A stretch of DNA of 50,804 nucleotides, the filler included, from Jimgerdemannia flammicorona (Eukaryota), in NCBI GenBank assembly GCA_003990765.1. It is 2 parts of 2 records of this genome, joined end to end, with 100 filler letters (N's around TTAATTAATTAA, not from the genome) between each part and the next. Parts side by side here need not be neighbours in the genome. Positions count along the whole stretch, not along the records: positions 1 to 25,355 come from RBNJ01000842.1; 1 more part is not named here. The stretch is one strand, 5' to 3'. Position numbers and translations under genes: made by a program. Of this stretch, positions 1 to 12,900 are shown piece by piece; positions within the stretch are counted from its first letter, which is position 1; each line of letters begins with the position of its first letter. The notes under the pieces were generated by a model. It ran no database searches. It saw nothing but the letters and a program-made list of their open reading frames with translations, and was not told the origin of the DNA.

Positions 1-917
1 GGATACAACTAATAAAAGCATCTGCGATGTTGTCTCCAGAATGAGGGCCAGCAAGTTTGACGAAGTCAAGGGTGAGAGATTTAAGCTGCCAATCGAGGTC
101 AATCCAATGACTGGTAATGCCCAGAAACGAAATTACATTGGGGGATGTCCATGTGTCGATCGTAAACGAAATTTTGCCTGCCGAATTCTGCTTATTGAAT
201 GTGAGGTTAAATTGGTGAGCTCTTTTGTATAATTCAGCTTGCAAAGGTCATAGTGCTGCCCTTATTTTACCTGAAGTGTCTGGCAGAGATTGTCGTGCTC
301 CTTCCTATAGGCCTCCAGGACATCTTTGCGAATAGTATCGGCACTTGGCAAATATAAATCATGCTTGAGGAGGCCAAAGATGCTATGCAATTGATCACTC
401 TTGATGGTTGTGAATGGCTGGTCTGTGCACACAATCCAGTGAACGAGCCGATTTCGAAATTCTGCTGAAGAGTATGGCTAAAATTTTTGATTAAATGGCA
501 TTGTTGGTACAGAAATGGTCAGGCAATCGGATAAACATACCCACCACAACTTGGATGTCGATTTTATTTATCTCCGTGTTCTTTTTGATTTTGTCAGAGT
601 GCTTGTCTTTTATGTGTCGATTCATGTTCGAAGTCGTACCCCCAAGCATTTTGAACTTCTGGCTGGTGCAGTTCATGGAGGTGGATGAAACAATATCATG
701 TGTGTGTCAAACAATACCATGTGTGTGTCAGACAAAGTGTCAATAGGTGCATCTTAATTTTTTACCTGCAATAATTACAAATAACATCATCTCCTATCTT
801 AGTACAATGTTGCCAGATTTTGGAGCGAGGATTGCGTGGAAGGTGTGGAACTATCAGGGATGTTTGACTTGAAGCATTATTGGTACTGTGGACTGTTGAA
901 GACTGATCTGTCAACAT
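1..917 (-). CDS. hAT transposase, N-terminal part; exons 917-766, 662-545, 477-271, 187-<1
   Basis: Manual splicing at GT-AG introns (765-663, 544-478, 270-188) gives a stop-free frame: BED finger RSKIWQHC..ICNYCSQKFKMLGGTTSNMNRHIKDKH, then LVHWIVCTDQPFTTI..PSADTIR, then catalytic ISFTIDTWTSPNVISFLGITSHWID..HSGDNIA. The start codon is tentative. Confidence 0.88.
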
Positions 918-1003
918 GTGTGTTTGCGTGTTTGCATGTGCATGTGTATGTATGTGTGTGTGTGTGTTGTGTTGTGGACGCGTCCGGCATATGAGTCATG
1001 TAG

Positions 1004-1420
1004 AGGATTTGGATTGGAGGATTCAGTTGAAGGATTCGGATGAGGATTCGGATTGAAGGATTCGAATTGGAGGATTCGAATTGGAGGATTTGAATTGGAG
1101 GATTCGAATTGAGTGATTTGAATTGAGTGATTCGGATTGAGTGATTCGGATTGAGTGATTCGGATTGAGTGGTTTGGATTGGAGTGGTTCAGATGGGTGA
1201 TTCAGATGGATGATTCGGATGGGGCGATTTGGATGGGGCGATTCGGATTGAGTGATTCGGATTGAGTGATTCGGATTGGGGTGGTTCAGATGGGTGATTC
1301 GGATGGGGCAATTCGGATGGGGCAATTCAGATTAAATCCGAGTTGATCCGGATGGCTTCGGATTTGAGATTCGAATCAAACCGTCATGTGATGAATCGAA
1401 TCCGGATTTGATTCGAATTG
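1004..1420. repeat. Subterminal tandem array of GATTCGGATTGAGT-like (~14 bp) units of the hAT element
   Basis: Many GATTCGGAT/GATTCGAAT motifs between the TIR and the transposase start; typical position for transposase-binding sites. Confidence 0.85.
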
Positions 1421-1437
1421 ACTCGTTCAGAGCACTA

Positions 1438-4400
1438 GTCTTGTAGCAGCAGATGATTTCTCAGTATAGGAAATCAGCTATAGAGAGGGCATTGGCTTCT
1501 TATAATGCTCCTGCCTCTATCCATTTGGTGAAGAGGTCTACAATAACTATAATATAGTGGTTTCCTGATAGTGTTACTGGTAGTAGTCCAATGATATCCA
1601 TTGCAATGTGGTGGAAGGAGATAGGCTCAATTCTTGATAATCTGGGTACCTGGTCTTGCTGATCTTGTTTCTGTTTTTGGCACTTGTCACACCCTTTGAC
1701 AAATTGGTGCAGGTCTTCTTCCATCTTGGGCCACCACATGGTTCTTCTTACCTTGTCATATGTATTGGTTCCTCCTAAGTATCCTTGCTCGTGTACTTCC
1801 TTCATTACTTGATACTTCTTGTGTTCAGGTATTACTAGCTTTCCTCCTTTTCTGAATATAGTGTTGTCTAATTCAAACTGTTTCCATGTCCGGTTGATGA
1901 TGGTGATTGTCCAGGGTTCAAAGTGGCTGGGCATCTTCTGTTGCTCAAGGTAGCTGATTAATCCATAGTATAGCTCCTTATTCATGTTGAATAGTCTTGA
2001 TGGGGATATTTCGGGGTGTCCTTGAGAGTGCATCAGTATTGGTATTGGTCTTTCCTGGGTAGTGCTTGACAGTACAGTCATATTCTTACAGCCTATAGAT
2101 TCATCTGGCATATATTCCTTTGGGGTTCAGAGTGTGGAATAGCCAGGCAAGAGTGGAATGGTCTGTTTGAATGGTGAAGTGTTTTCCAGCTAGGTAGTAG
2201 TGGAACTTGTCTACTGCCCAAACTACTGCTAAGCATTCAAGCTTGCATGACTCGTAGTTCTGTTCCACTCTGCGGGTACCTCAGCTTGCATAGGAGATGA
2301 CATATTCATGTCTATCTTTCTTCTGAGCTAAGACTGCTCCAAGTCCTATAATACTCACATCTGTCTACAGGATGAATTCTAGGCTCCAGTCTGGTCTTCT
2401 GAAGATGGGTGCTTGGGTCAACCTGGTCTTGAGTTTATTGAAGGTTTCTTGGTGCTCCTTGGTCCATTCGAATTTGGTCTCCTTCTTCAGTAGCTCATAG
2501 ATAGGTACTGTAATGTTGGAGTATCCTTTGATGAATCTTCTGTAGTAGCTGGCCAGTCCAAGGAAGGCATGGACTTCTGTGGTTGTTCTGGGTCTTGGAT
2601 AGGCTGCAACAGCCTCGATCTTCATGGGGTCTGTGTGGATTCCGGTCTGGTTGATGAGGTGTCCTAGGTAGGCAATTTCCTGAGCTGTAAACTTGCATTT
2701 CTTGGGCTTAATGTAGAGGACATGCTCCTTGAGCCTCTTGAGGGCTAGCTGTATGTGATTGATATGTTCCCATGCAGTGTTGCTGAAGATGATCACATCA
2801 TCAACATAGACAAAGAGCCATTTTCCAATCTCGGTGCTGAAGACTCTGTTCATCATTCACTGGAAACTTGCTGGGGCATTGCACATTCCAAATGGCATTC
2901 GCAGATAGATATAGGTGGCATCAGGTGTAATGAAGGCTGATTTCTCACTGGCATCTTGAGTGAGACCAAACTGATGGAAGCCTGAGAACAGATTCAAGAT
3001 GGTGTAGTATTTGGCTTCACTTCCAAGAGTGGTAAGGATTTCTTGAATATTTGGCAAGGGCTGCTTATCCTTCTTAGTGATGGCATTGAGTTTCCTGTAG
3101 TCAATGTAGAGTCTTGGTGCAAACTCTCCAGACTTGCGTCCTTTCTTTGGGGCTAGGACAATGGGTGAGGCCCAGGGGCTGATAGCTTGCTTGATGATTC
3201 CAGCTTCTTCCATTTCCTTGAGTTCTGCTTGCAGCTATTCTCTGTAGGCAGGTGGTATAGGTCTGGCTTTCTGGTAGATGAGCTTGGTATCACCAGTGAC
3301 AACTTCGTAGTAGTACTTGGGTTCTTGATTGTGGATATCCCTAAAGTCTGTAGCAAGTACTCCTTCATTCTGGTGCAGGATCTTGAGAAGTTGTTCCTCC
3401 AGGGGAAAGTTTTCTCCAATGGTATATGTGTGCTTATTCTGGTCCTTGTCTTTCTTATGCTCAAGTTTGGTAATCTTGGTGGCAACATAGACTTCTCTTC
3501 CAGTAGATCCAAAGCCTTGTTCTCCTCTCTTGGTCTTGATAAGTTCAATGGCTTCTATGATCTTGGGCTTCTTGACTTCATGGATCAACATCTGGCCAAT
3601 CCTGTCATGCTTCTTGACTTCAAAGGGGGTGGTGTGGTTGTGATTTCTGACTATGAGGAAGATCTCACCAATGTAATCAGGGTCAATTACTCCTCCTTCA
3701 ACTGAGATTTTGCTTTTGGCCAGACTGCTCCTGGTCTTGATAATTCCAACATGGTTTTCTGGTAACTTGACTCCAATTCCAGTGCCAAGTAGGGTGGTGG
3801 TCTGTGGTTCAAGGGTAGCATCTTGAATGCTGGCAAGGTCTATTTCTATGGCTCCTTTAGTCTTGTATTCTGGGATCTTAGCTTCGGAGTGAAACTTCTT
3901 GACCTTGAGGGTGATGTCTGATTCTTGTTCCTCCTCATTGTCACTATCAGCTTGAAGCTCTGGAGGCTGGTCATCTTCTTTAGCTTTCCTTTTTGCTTCA
4001 GCAGCTTCTTGCTCATATTTCTGTTGACAGATTTTCCTGACTTCACTGATACAGGACCAGCAGTCATTTAGGTATTCAGAGCAGTACATTCTAGTACCAT
4101 GGGGGCATCTTCCTTGAGGGGTATAGCCATCAATGATCTTGTTGTACTACTGCTCATCTGTGAGCTTGGGTGTCTTGTTCTTGTTCTTGTTCACTAAGTG
4201 CATGAAGGCCTCTGTGTCCTCTTCATTTCCTTTCTCCATATCTAGTAGGACTCCTTTGTGGACATTGATAGAGACTCATACCTTTCTTCCTCTGTAGTTG
4301 ATTGGTATCTTCTGGGCATTGAGGTCAATGATGGCCTTGGTCTTGTGAAGCCATTGGTTGTCAATAAAGATGTCATAGTTGGTGGCACTTGTAACAATCA

Positions 4401-6003
4401 CATCTACTGGAATGGTAGCTCCTCCTATCTTGATGGGGACTTCTCAGATTTTGCCAAGGGGGGTAGCTCATATACTATCTGCTGTGATATAGACCATCTT
4501 GGTAGACTCTTCAATGTCCCAACCTAGGTGGTCAATTGCCTTCTTGCTCATGAGGCATCCTCCAGTACCAGTATCAATAATGGTATCAAAGATACAATCT
4601 TCAATCTGACATGGGGTATAGGCTGATGTCTTGCACTGGTCTTTGGATTCTTCACCTGAGTTCTTGGATTCTTCCTGTGCATTGTGAGCTTCTACAATCT
4701 TATACTCTTGATTCTTGGCAGTAGTTGCAAGTTCTACTCTCAATTACTGTCTGAAGGTAGGGACTTCAGCTAGCTGTCCAAAAGTGGTATTGACCTTCTG
4801 TTCCTTGAGGTCCTTGTAGATGTCATACTGGTGGATCTTGGTCTTGCACAGCTTCTGTTCCTTCTTGCTATCACTTTCTCCTGAGACTGGAGTAATGCCT
4901 TCAATAATTTAGTGGGCAGCTTCATCTAACTCCATGTCTTGATCAATCTCCTTAGATTGAGTCTTGCTTTGAATAGTGATAGCTGGGGTCTTCTTTGGTC
5001 TTCTAACTGGCTTGCTGTTACTCTTCTTGTCATAGGGCTTGGATCGGGTTCTGGTACCTTCAGTAGCAGGGTAGAATTCAAGCTTCTCATAGTATTCTTC
5101 ATCATCAGCATCACCGATCTCCTTTATGACTACTGCATTGGTTTGTTCTCTGGTTCTGCTAGTATTGCTTGGTTGGGCTTTGCATCTTGTTTCAGTCATG
5201 CAACTCTTTGCATAGTAGCCTTCTTCTCCACATCTGAAGCATGTGATATTGTATTCTTCTGTAGTAGCTGCAAATCTCTGTACTGGTCTCCTGTTAGTGC
5301 TTCAGACTTCTCTAACAACATCACCAAGGTGTGCAGTCATCTCGGCGAACTGCTTGGCAAGTTCCTCCACTGGGTCAGCTTTGGCTATCTTGGGGGTAGG
5401 TGAGGTTGGTTGTCTGTTTACAACTGTGGTGGGTATGATACTAGTTGGCTTTGATGACTCCATCTTGATGTCAGTTATTTTCTCTATTGAGTGTTTGGCA
5501 GGGTGTCTGGCAGTCCAATATCTCTATGCAAAGACCACTTTCTGATCAAGGGTCAGCATAGCTGGAGTAGATTGGATTGCTAGGGCAATTTTATGGTGAA
5601 CTTCTTTGAGGAAAGTTGAATCTGCTATTTGTTCCTTGAGGCAGTCATCATAGCCAGCCAAGATAATCTGGTGGCAAATTCAGGTATAGAATGAGTTGAG
5701 ATCTTTACTAAGTCTCTGGCAGATAGTATTGAGTTGATCCTTGAGAGCTTGCTTGATCTCTTTGGTATAATATGTTGTTCTGAGGAAGACCTTCATGTTG
5801 GCAAGTTTGGCTGCACCAGTATCAGCAATGGTGGCTGCATTAAACTTGTCTCTAGTAGGTCTTCTGAGGCTGACTGATAGAAGGGCCAATTGAGCATCCA
5901 CACCAAGGGCTTGTATGGTGGTGAATTGTTCAAAGTCTTCAATGAAGGTTAGGATTGACTCTTCAGTAGTATATTCATAGAATGTGGGGAGATGCATTTC
6001 CAT
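1438..6003 (-). pseudogene. E1 gag-pol polyprotein with premature stops
   Basis: Gag MHLPTF..FIEDFE; zinc knuckle CFRCGEEGYYAKSC (~5200-5245); protease IIDTGTGG (~4555-4580); RT ISPWASP/DYRKLN/MPFGMCNAPASFQ/YVDD; RNaseH LECLAVVWAV; IN HEQG..CDKC and IAMDIIG..VDLFTKW. Confidence 0.92.
3499..3909 (-). CDS. dUTPase domain in E1 pol, between protease and RT (open frame)
   Basis: Trimeric dUTPase motifs: GAIEIDL, KTRSSLA, GGVIDPDYIGEI, DRIGQM, RGEQGFGSTG. Confidence 0.93.
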
Positions 6004-6120
6004 CTTGTCTTGAATTCTTGCAGAGGTGACTCTTGTAGTCAGGGTAGTTATTGTGGGGGTTGTTCGTTTTTCAGCTTGAAAGTGAGGGATTCATGAATCA
6101 CTAGCCAATGGGCACCAAGT

Positions 6121-7824
6121 TGTCATGTAGTGGTCACTAAGTCCTTTAAATATGCCAGATTCTCTTCAAGGTGTATCTCTTAGACTAACTCAAGTTTATT
6201 ATATGTAAGCAAGTTCTTATTGGAGTGCCTTCTCAAGGTCTTATAGTCCTCAAACTTCTTATCTTTAACTGTCTTATTATCTCTTAGATTTCTTGCAAGG
6301 AAGTGTGTATAAGTGAAACTGGAACTGACTTTATTTCAGAGGAAATAAGAGGGGTATTTATACAAAATATAATTCAATGGTTGCTAAGATATAAAGCTAA
6401 ATATAAATTCCAATAACTACTAAGTTCCAGAGTTGATACTGATGGTTGTACAGGTTCAGAATACTGGTATTATCTAGTGTCACATAGTGCTGAAACAATT
6501 TTGCATCACCTCAGAATACTGGTGCTGATATTATTCAGTGTTATATGAGAATACTGGTGCTGGCATTATCCAGTATAATAAAGAACTTAGAGCAGAAAGT
6601 TCAGGACCATGGGGGCTTCATCCTCATCATCATCATTACTAAAGGAGATGATATCTATGAACTCGTCATGTAGATTGCACATTTCGCATATATTGCATGA
6701 GATGATATCATTGCCAATGATGTCATCATGCTCGGCTATGGCAGGGAAATTGGGAACAAGGAGATCTGGAGCTCTCCAGTCTATAAGGTTCTCTTCCACA
6801 AAATAGGGAACAAATGTGGGGTCTTGGGGAGGTCTAACCTAGATGCTTGGGCCTTAGAATACTGAGATCAATCCTTGCAGGAATTGGTCTGGGTTGTCCT
6901 GAAGGATAGGATACCAGAAGTCTTCTACTTCTTCACTGTTGAGGGTGATAGTGGACTGGGCTTCTGTAGCCACCCTGGCTTCTAGTGTATTGATATGGCA
7001 GGATGACAGGTCTCTGAAGTCTGAGACTCTAACATACTCCAAGTTGGGGATTGACTATAGTGCATGCCTGAAGATCTGATGGATCTTCTTAGCTGTCCTC
7101 ATTTTGCATATATCCATGGGAGTGGTATCTTGTAGCTCTTGGGTACTGGCCTGTGGGAACTCCTGACAGAGGAGGTTTCTTATTTTGTACTCCTGCTATA
7201 TTTGGAGACATTCAGTAGCAATGGTGATCCTTGTTTATATTTTGTGGCAGTAGAGAATAAAGTGATAAGGGTCTGCAGTACCCAGATTGACACTAGGAGT
7301 CCTTCTTGAGCAGATACCCATGGCTCTTCTGATGTTTTGGAACATTCTTTCCTCAACTGAGATACCTTGGTAATTTCTTGACCTTGAGGTTTGGCAGGTA
7401 GCAGGCATTTCATTTGTGGTAAGTCTTTGAGCTATTTTGGAATTGGTGGTTCTTGTTGGTTGCTGCTACTGTGGTTCCTTGATCCTTCTTTTATATTCTT
7501 CAAGATGCTTATACTGTGGTCACAATAACTCACAGTTGATCATCATTGCTCATCTCATATACTATATGATCTTCTTGTGCTCTGATCTAGTGACTTATAA
7601 GGAAAGGCTGTCTCCTGTGCTGATGTCATCATTCTGGAGTCACAATTACAATACTAAACTAGTACAGAGGCTAGTGTGACTACTATAATATTACTGGCTG
7701 AAGAGAGCTGAAATTAGTGCAAAATCATTATGATCTTACTAATATTCTTATATTTTCTAGCATATAACCTTACTGGTGACATGAATCCAATGATGTCAGC
7801 TTGGTGATGTCATCATTTGTGACA
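6121..7824 (-). repeat. E1 5' LTR, long (~1.7 kb)
   Basis: Inverted termini TGTCA/TGACA; TATAAATACCCC (6362-6351) followed by AATAAA (6335-6330); three AGAATACTGGT repeats at ~6459-6575; PBS 3 nt after the LTR end. The partner LTR is outside the window, so the 7824 boundary is unconfirmed. Confidence 0.65.
6587..7558 (-). pseudogene. Decayed ~320-aa accessory ORF upstream of the TATA box in the E1 LTR region; function unknown
   Basis: ORFs 6587-6799 and 6854-7042 share a frame, and the reading extends to ~7558 through a few stops and one frameshift: ...RTAKKIHQIFRHAL*SIPNLEYVRVSDFRDLSS..., ending in an acidic tail with CNICEMC. Confidence 0.6.
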
Positions 7825-8163
7825 TTGTAATGTATTTTCATTATAGGCAGTCCTATTAGAGACTTTGGAGAACTTGTCTAAGAACTAGAAGATCTTATTA
7901 CACAAGCTTAAAATTGTACAGTCAGATACCCTACAGTAGTCTCACTAAGCTCACTTATAGAACCTTTATCACCAGCTCTTACAGAACTAAAAGCAGCTCC
8001 TTCAAGAATACTTAGGCTCATTTCACTTTGCCCAAGGTCCAGAACTCCATTCTCAAGATACTCAAGCACCCCCATTTCCAGTAATAGTTCAGAAAGTGAA
8101 TCAGAGTCAGAATCTGAATCAGAATCCAGACCAAAACCAGAATCAGAAGAAAGTGATGACAAA

Positions 8164-9434
8164 ATGGCCACCTTATTGCCAATCTTTACAGGATAACCAG
8201 AGGAAGACTCTAGAGAATTCCTTGATAGAATTGAAGGAATTGCAGCTCTGAGAAATCTCTCAGATGAAAGAAAAATCACTATCTACAAGGCTCAGCTCAG
8301 AGAACCAGCCAGAGGAATTTTCTACTAAACAACAAATAACCCCTACTCAGAACTGATAGTACAAATATAAGCAACAGCATCCTATGAGCTGAAGTATGTA
8401 GCCATAGTCCACTAGCTCATTGAAAAATATGTAGAAAATGAAACCCACTACAAGGTTCAAGAATCCATCATAGAGATGAAGGTAAATCTTAGAGAATTAC
8501 CCAGAGCCTTCTTTATAAAAATCCAGAAGAGAATGCATATAGCCAGATTCAATGCCACCAACTAAGATATCATAGGTCTAATGATCTTTATGAATGAGAT
8601 TCCCCTGAACATTGCCCAGCATGTCTGCACTCTAGACATCAGAAGGTCTGAAGAATAAGTAGATATAGTCTAAGAATTCTTTGATGTCAGACAAGAAACT
8701 CTCTGGAGTGATTATGATAAGAAGGATGATAAGGAAGACATCTTAGTCAAAGTCCTATAGGGACTCCTTCAAGGATAAGAGAGATCTGAAGAAAGAAGGC
8801 CAGCCAAGAAAGGAAAGAAGGACAGAAGCAAAATCTAAGACCTCAGTTCCAAGTTGGACTGATTGGTTAAATAGATTGAAAAACTCACCATATATGAAAA
8901 TCAGAGTTATTAAGATAATAAAGGATATCTACCTCAGAGGAGCCAAGATTATCCACTTAGAGATATATAACAGGAGCTATCAGCAGGAAGAAAGAAGATA
9001 CTCTGTCTGAGATAGAGCTCAAGTTCAATGCTTTCACTGTGGATAATTCAGATACTATCTACTAAATGTGACAACAAAAGAAGTGACCAAAGGGATTTAG
9101 AACTACTAAATTGAAGGAATGAAACCTCAGTACAAGAAGGCTGAAGCTTATCCTGTTGAAAACTTTGAAGAAGAAAGCAATAGTAAAGACTATAGTAACC
9201 TAGACTTGTATCCAGCCAAAGTTACTATCCAGAAAACAGTTTACCTAGTAGAAAAAAGGAAGAGACCTATAGGAAGACCATCCAGAAATATCAGCAGAAG
9301 AATTATCCAAGAAGAAGACAAAGAACATGAAGAGAAGCAAGTGGAAACACCTCTCTGAACTCCCTTACCTTTTGTTCTTAAGATAAATGAGCTGCTACCA
9401 GAGAATGAAGAAATAGAACAAGAAGAACAGGAAC
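8164..9434 (+). pseudogene. E2 gag
   Basis: MATLLPIFTG*PEEDSREFLDRIEGIAALRN...; decayed zinc knuckle QCFHCG at ~9026-9070. Confidence 0.8.
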
Positions 9435-9887
9435 TATAACAATTTCACAGTCATATTTAGTCTTAGTACATTTTTGCATCTTTTAGTTAGTCTTTTCTTA
9501 TCATTTCTTAAATATTCTACTATATTCCACCACTTTTACTTGCTTAAAAACCTTCTCTTAGTGCCCAAATACTACTAGAATATTTTTGTCTTTCCTTGAC
9601 ATCAAGTATCTTGTCTTAGCTAATTATGGAACCTTTTGGAACATTGTAGAATAGCATTAGTCAGCTTTACCAAGAACCTATTTCTTGGCATTTCTCTTTA
9701 TTTTCAAGATCCTTCTGGATCTTTCTTTCAGATTATATATAAATATTCTTGTTCTCTGCCTGAATAAAGCTCAGAATATTTTTCTCTCAGAAATTCTTCA
9801 ACCTTTAAGTATCTCTTTGAGCTATTTTAGGCCAACCAGAACTTCCAGATTTAGCTGCTTTCTCTTAAAAAAACTAGAACTGTTACA
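9435..9887 (+). repeat. E3 5' LTR
   Basis: TATAAC (from TGTAAC)...TGTTACA; contains TATAAATA and AATAAA; aligns end to end with 15062-15526. Confidence 0.95.
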
Positions 9888-9977
9888 CTTGATAGTAGTG
9901 GTGTCATTACATCTTACTTTATTAAGAAATCTCACACAAATTTGGAAACCAGTCACAACTAGTCATATAAATCTGAA

Positions 9978-12900
9978 ATGAGCCATGAAGAGTCAGCCTA
10001 TCAGCTAGACCCCTCTGTTACAGAAGAAGCAAGAGAACTGCAGCTTAGTATAGAGGATATGATCAATACTATGACCCACCAAATTCAAGAACTTTAAGTA
10101 CAACTAGAACAGCAGAAAACAAGAACTGTGAGTACATCATATTCTACTATAGTATTAGTCAGTTTCAAGTCACTCAAGCCAGATACCTTCAACAGTCATC
10201 AAGGAGGACTATCTACAGATGTATGGATCTTCTAATTAGACTAATACTTGGAGCTTACAAGAATGGAAGAAGATATGTAAATCTAATTTGCTGCTATACT
10301 TTTTTGAGAGAATGCAGCCATTTGGTAGTACAATTATATCATAATTATATCTATGTACTTATATATATGAATCAGAGATTGGGAAGCTTTCAAGAGAGCC
10401 CTTCATAGGCAGTTCAAGCCTGCTAATACTACCAAACTAGCCAGAGATAAGCTAGCAAACATCAAGCAACTCAAGTCTGTGCAAAGCTATAATATATAAT
10501 TCCTGTCAATCCTACTTGAACTACTAGTGATAGTGGAGAATAAAAAGATAGACTGCTATATCTAAGACCTGAAAGAAAACACATGAGTCAAGGTTGAGCT
10601 AGAAGAGCCACAAAATGAAGCTATGAGGATTACTAATAGGTTTGATGATATTACCTTTGGCAACTGCTTTGAACCAGAATACTGTAAGAAGAACTACTTC
10701 AAGAATCACTACAAGAACTAACCAAGGATAGTTGGCCTGATACCAATGGATTTAGACACTATGAACAAAAAGAACACCAAGCTCACCTCTAAAGAAAAAG
10801 ACTGTCTGAAGAAATCTGAGCCTGTTTCTTCTGTTATCAAATAGGATATATTGCAACCAAATATCTTAAGAAAACTAGTGAATTCTCAAGACCAGTCACC
10901 ATATTGTCTAAGAATATATCTGTCAACCCCACCATCAGTTAACCTGAGCTCAAGATCAAGAAGCTCATCCAAAGGCCCAGGCCCCTCAATATCAAACAGA
11001 AGGAGCTATTGGTCTTGATCTATACTTAGTCAAATAAGTCACTATTCCAGTTAAGGGCTGAACTCTGGTGTCTACTGGAATTGCAGTTCAATATCCTGAA
11101 GGACATTATGCTAGAATTGCATCATGATCAGGACTCAGTATCAAATATCATTTAGATGTAAGCACTAGTGTCATTAATCCAGACTTTCAAGGATAAGTTC
11201 AAGTTCTGCTTATCAACTAGAAGGATCAAGACTACACAGTTAAGAAAGGAGACTGAGTTGTATAAATGATCCTAGAAAAAGCCACTTAACTCAAGATTAC
11301 AGAAGTCCAAGAACTCTCTGAAACCAAATGAGATCAAAAAGATTTTGGCAGCACTGATCAAGCAGCAAGTCTTAGTGAAAATCATGCTCAAGCTATATTT
11401 ATTTTCAAAGGTCTAGTTAAAGGAAAAGAAGTTCAAGTACTCATAGACAGTGGAGCTATAGAGAACTTCATCAATCAGAATCTCATCAAAAGCCTCAAGA
11501 TTCTTATCAAGCCTATACTCAAGAATAATAGTATAGTCACTGCAGATGGTACTCTACACTTCATTGAGTCAATTGCTGCCAAACTATTCATCAAGATCCA
11601 GAAATATTAGAAATGGGTAGACTTTGAAATTGCATTACTAGGAGATCATGATCTGATCTTAGGAAAATCCTGGCTTATAAAACATAATCTAGACATTGAT
11701 TGATATAAGAATGAAGTCACCCTACTCTAAGATAGAGCTAATATCACTATCAAGACAGACAAGACCATGAGCAAGACTCAGATTGCAACACTGTTAGCTA
11801 TACAGTACAAGAGAGCACTCAAGAAGATAATGTATACCTTTATTGTAATGGTCTGTCTCAAGAAACAAGACAAGAGACTATCAGTCAATAAAAGTATTAA
11901 GTTACTGCTAGAAGAATTCAAGGATGTCTTTCCAGATAAGTTACCTGGTCTACCACCTATACAAGAAGTTGATCATGAAATCAAACTGACCCCAGAAGCT
12001 GTAGCACCTAAGAAATATATATACTGCATATCACTACTTGAAATTGAAGTAGTTAAGAAGGAACTAGAAGAACTACTTGCATGAGGAGCTATCCAGCCAA
12101 GCAAATATCCTTATGGCTCACCAGTCTTATTCATTAAGAAAAAGTATGGTACCCTGCAAATGTGTATAGACTATCATATACTCAACAAACTCACTATCAA
12201 GAACTACTATCTACTACCCTTGATTGATCAAATCTTTGATGCTCTCAAGAATGTCAAGTACTTCACTAAGTTAGACCTTATGTCAGAATACTACCAGATT
12301 CAAATCAAGTCAGAAGACATTCCTAAGACTGTATTTATAACCCCCTTTGGACTCTACAAATTCCTGGTCTTAGCATTTGGTCTTACCAATATATCCACCA
12401 TATTCTAGACCCTAATGAACAAGATATTTAAAGACCAACTATTTATTTTCCTGTTGGTATATATTGATGATATCCTGATCTTTAGTGTAACTAAAGAAGA
12501 ATACTTCAAATATATTTGAATAGTCCTGGAGATCCTACAAAAATACAAGCTTTATGCTAAGCTCAAGAAGTACAAATTCTTCAAGGAATAAGTCAAATAC
12601 CTTGGCCACATTATCTCTATACAAGGAATTCAAGTAGACCTATACAAGATAGGAGTAATTGAAGAATGGCCCATTCTGTCAAATCTCACAGAACTCTGAT
12701 CCTTCCTTAGTCTAGCTGGCTACTACTGCTACTTTGTCAGAAACTTCTCTGACATTACCAAGCCACTGACTAATCTCATGAGAAAGGCTCTGCACTCAGA
12801 CCACTGTACCCTATATCTGGGACCTCTTCTGTCAACAAGCCTTTCAAGAACTCAAGAACCACCTGATCCATGCTCTAGTTCTGTATAATGTAGATCAAGA

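Larger units (their letters stand above)
1..1437 (-). mobile_element. Young hAT (Ac-like) DNA transposon, 5' part; continues beyond the window start
   Basis: Terminus TAGTGCTCTGAACG (minus strand, 1437-1424) fits the hAT YARNG consensus. It is followed by subterminal repeats and a BED-finger/DDE transposase. The element interrupts the E1 integrase frame at 1437/1438. CpGs are retained. Confidence 0.9.
1438..7824 (-). mobile_element. Ty3/gypsy LTR retrotransposon E1 (5' LTR-gag-PR-dUTPase-RT-RNaseH-IN), interrupted in IN by the hAT
   Basis: Domain order is readable on the minus strand. LTR with TGTCA...TGACA ends at 7824-6121; PBS-like TGGTGCCCA at 6117-6109. Confidence 0.92.

Noticed and set aside
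663..765. Apparent small insertion disrupting the BED finger
   Set aside because: It is a GT-AG intron; splicing restores ICNYCSQKF.
1023..1325. 100-aa repetitive ORF, or a telomere-like repeat
   Set aside because: It is a translation of the hAT subterminal array next to the TIR.
3187..5545. Hydrophobic plus-strand ORFs suggesting membrane or env proteins
   Set aside because: Antisense to the A-rich E1 gag-pol; a compositional artefact.
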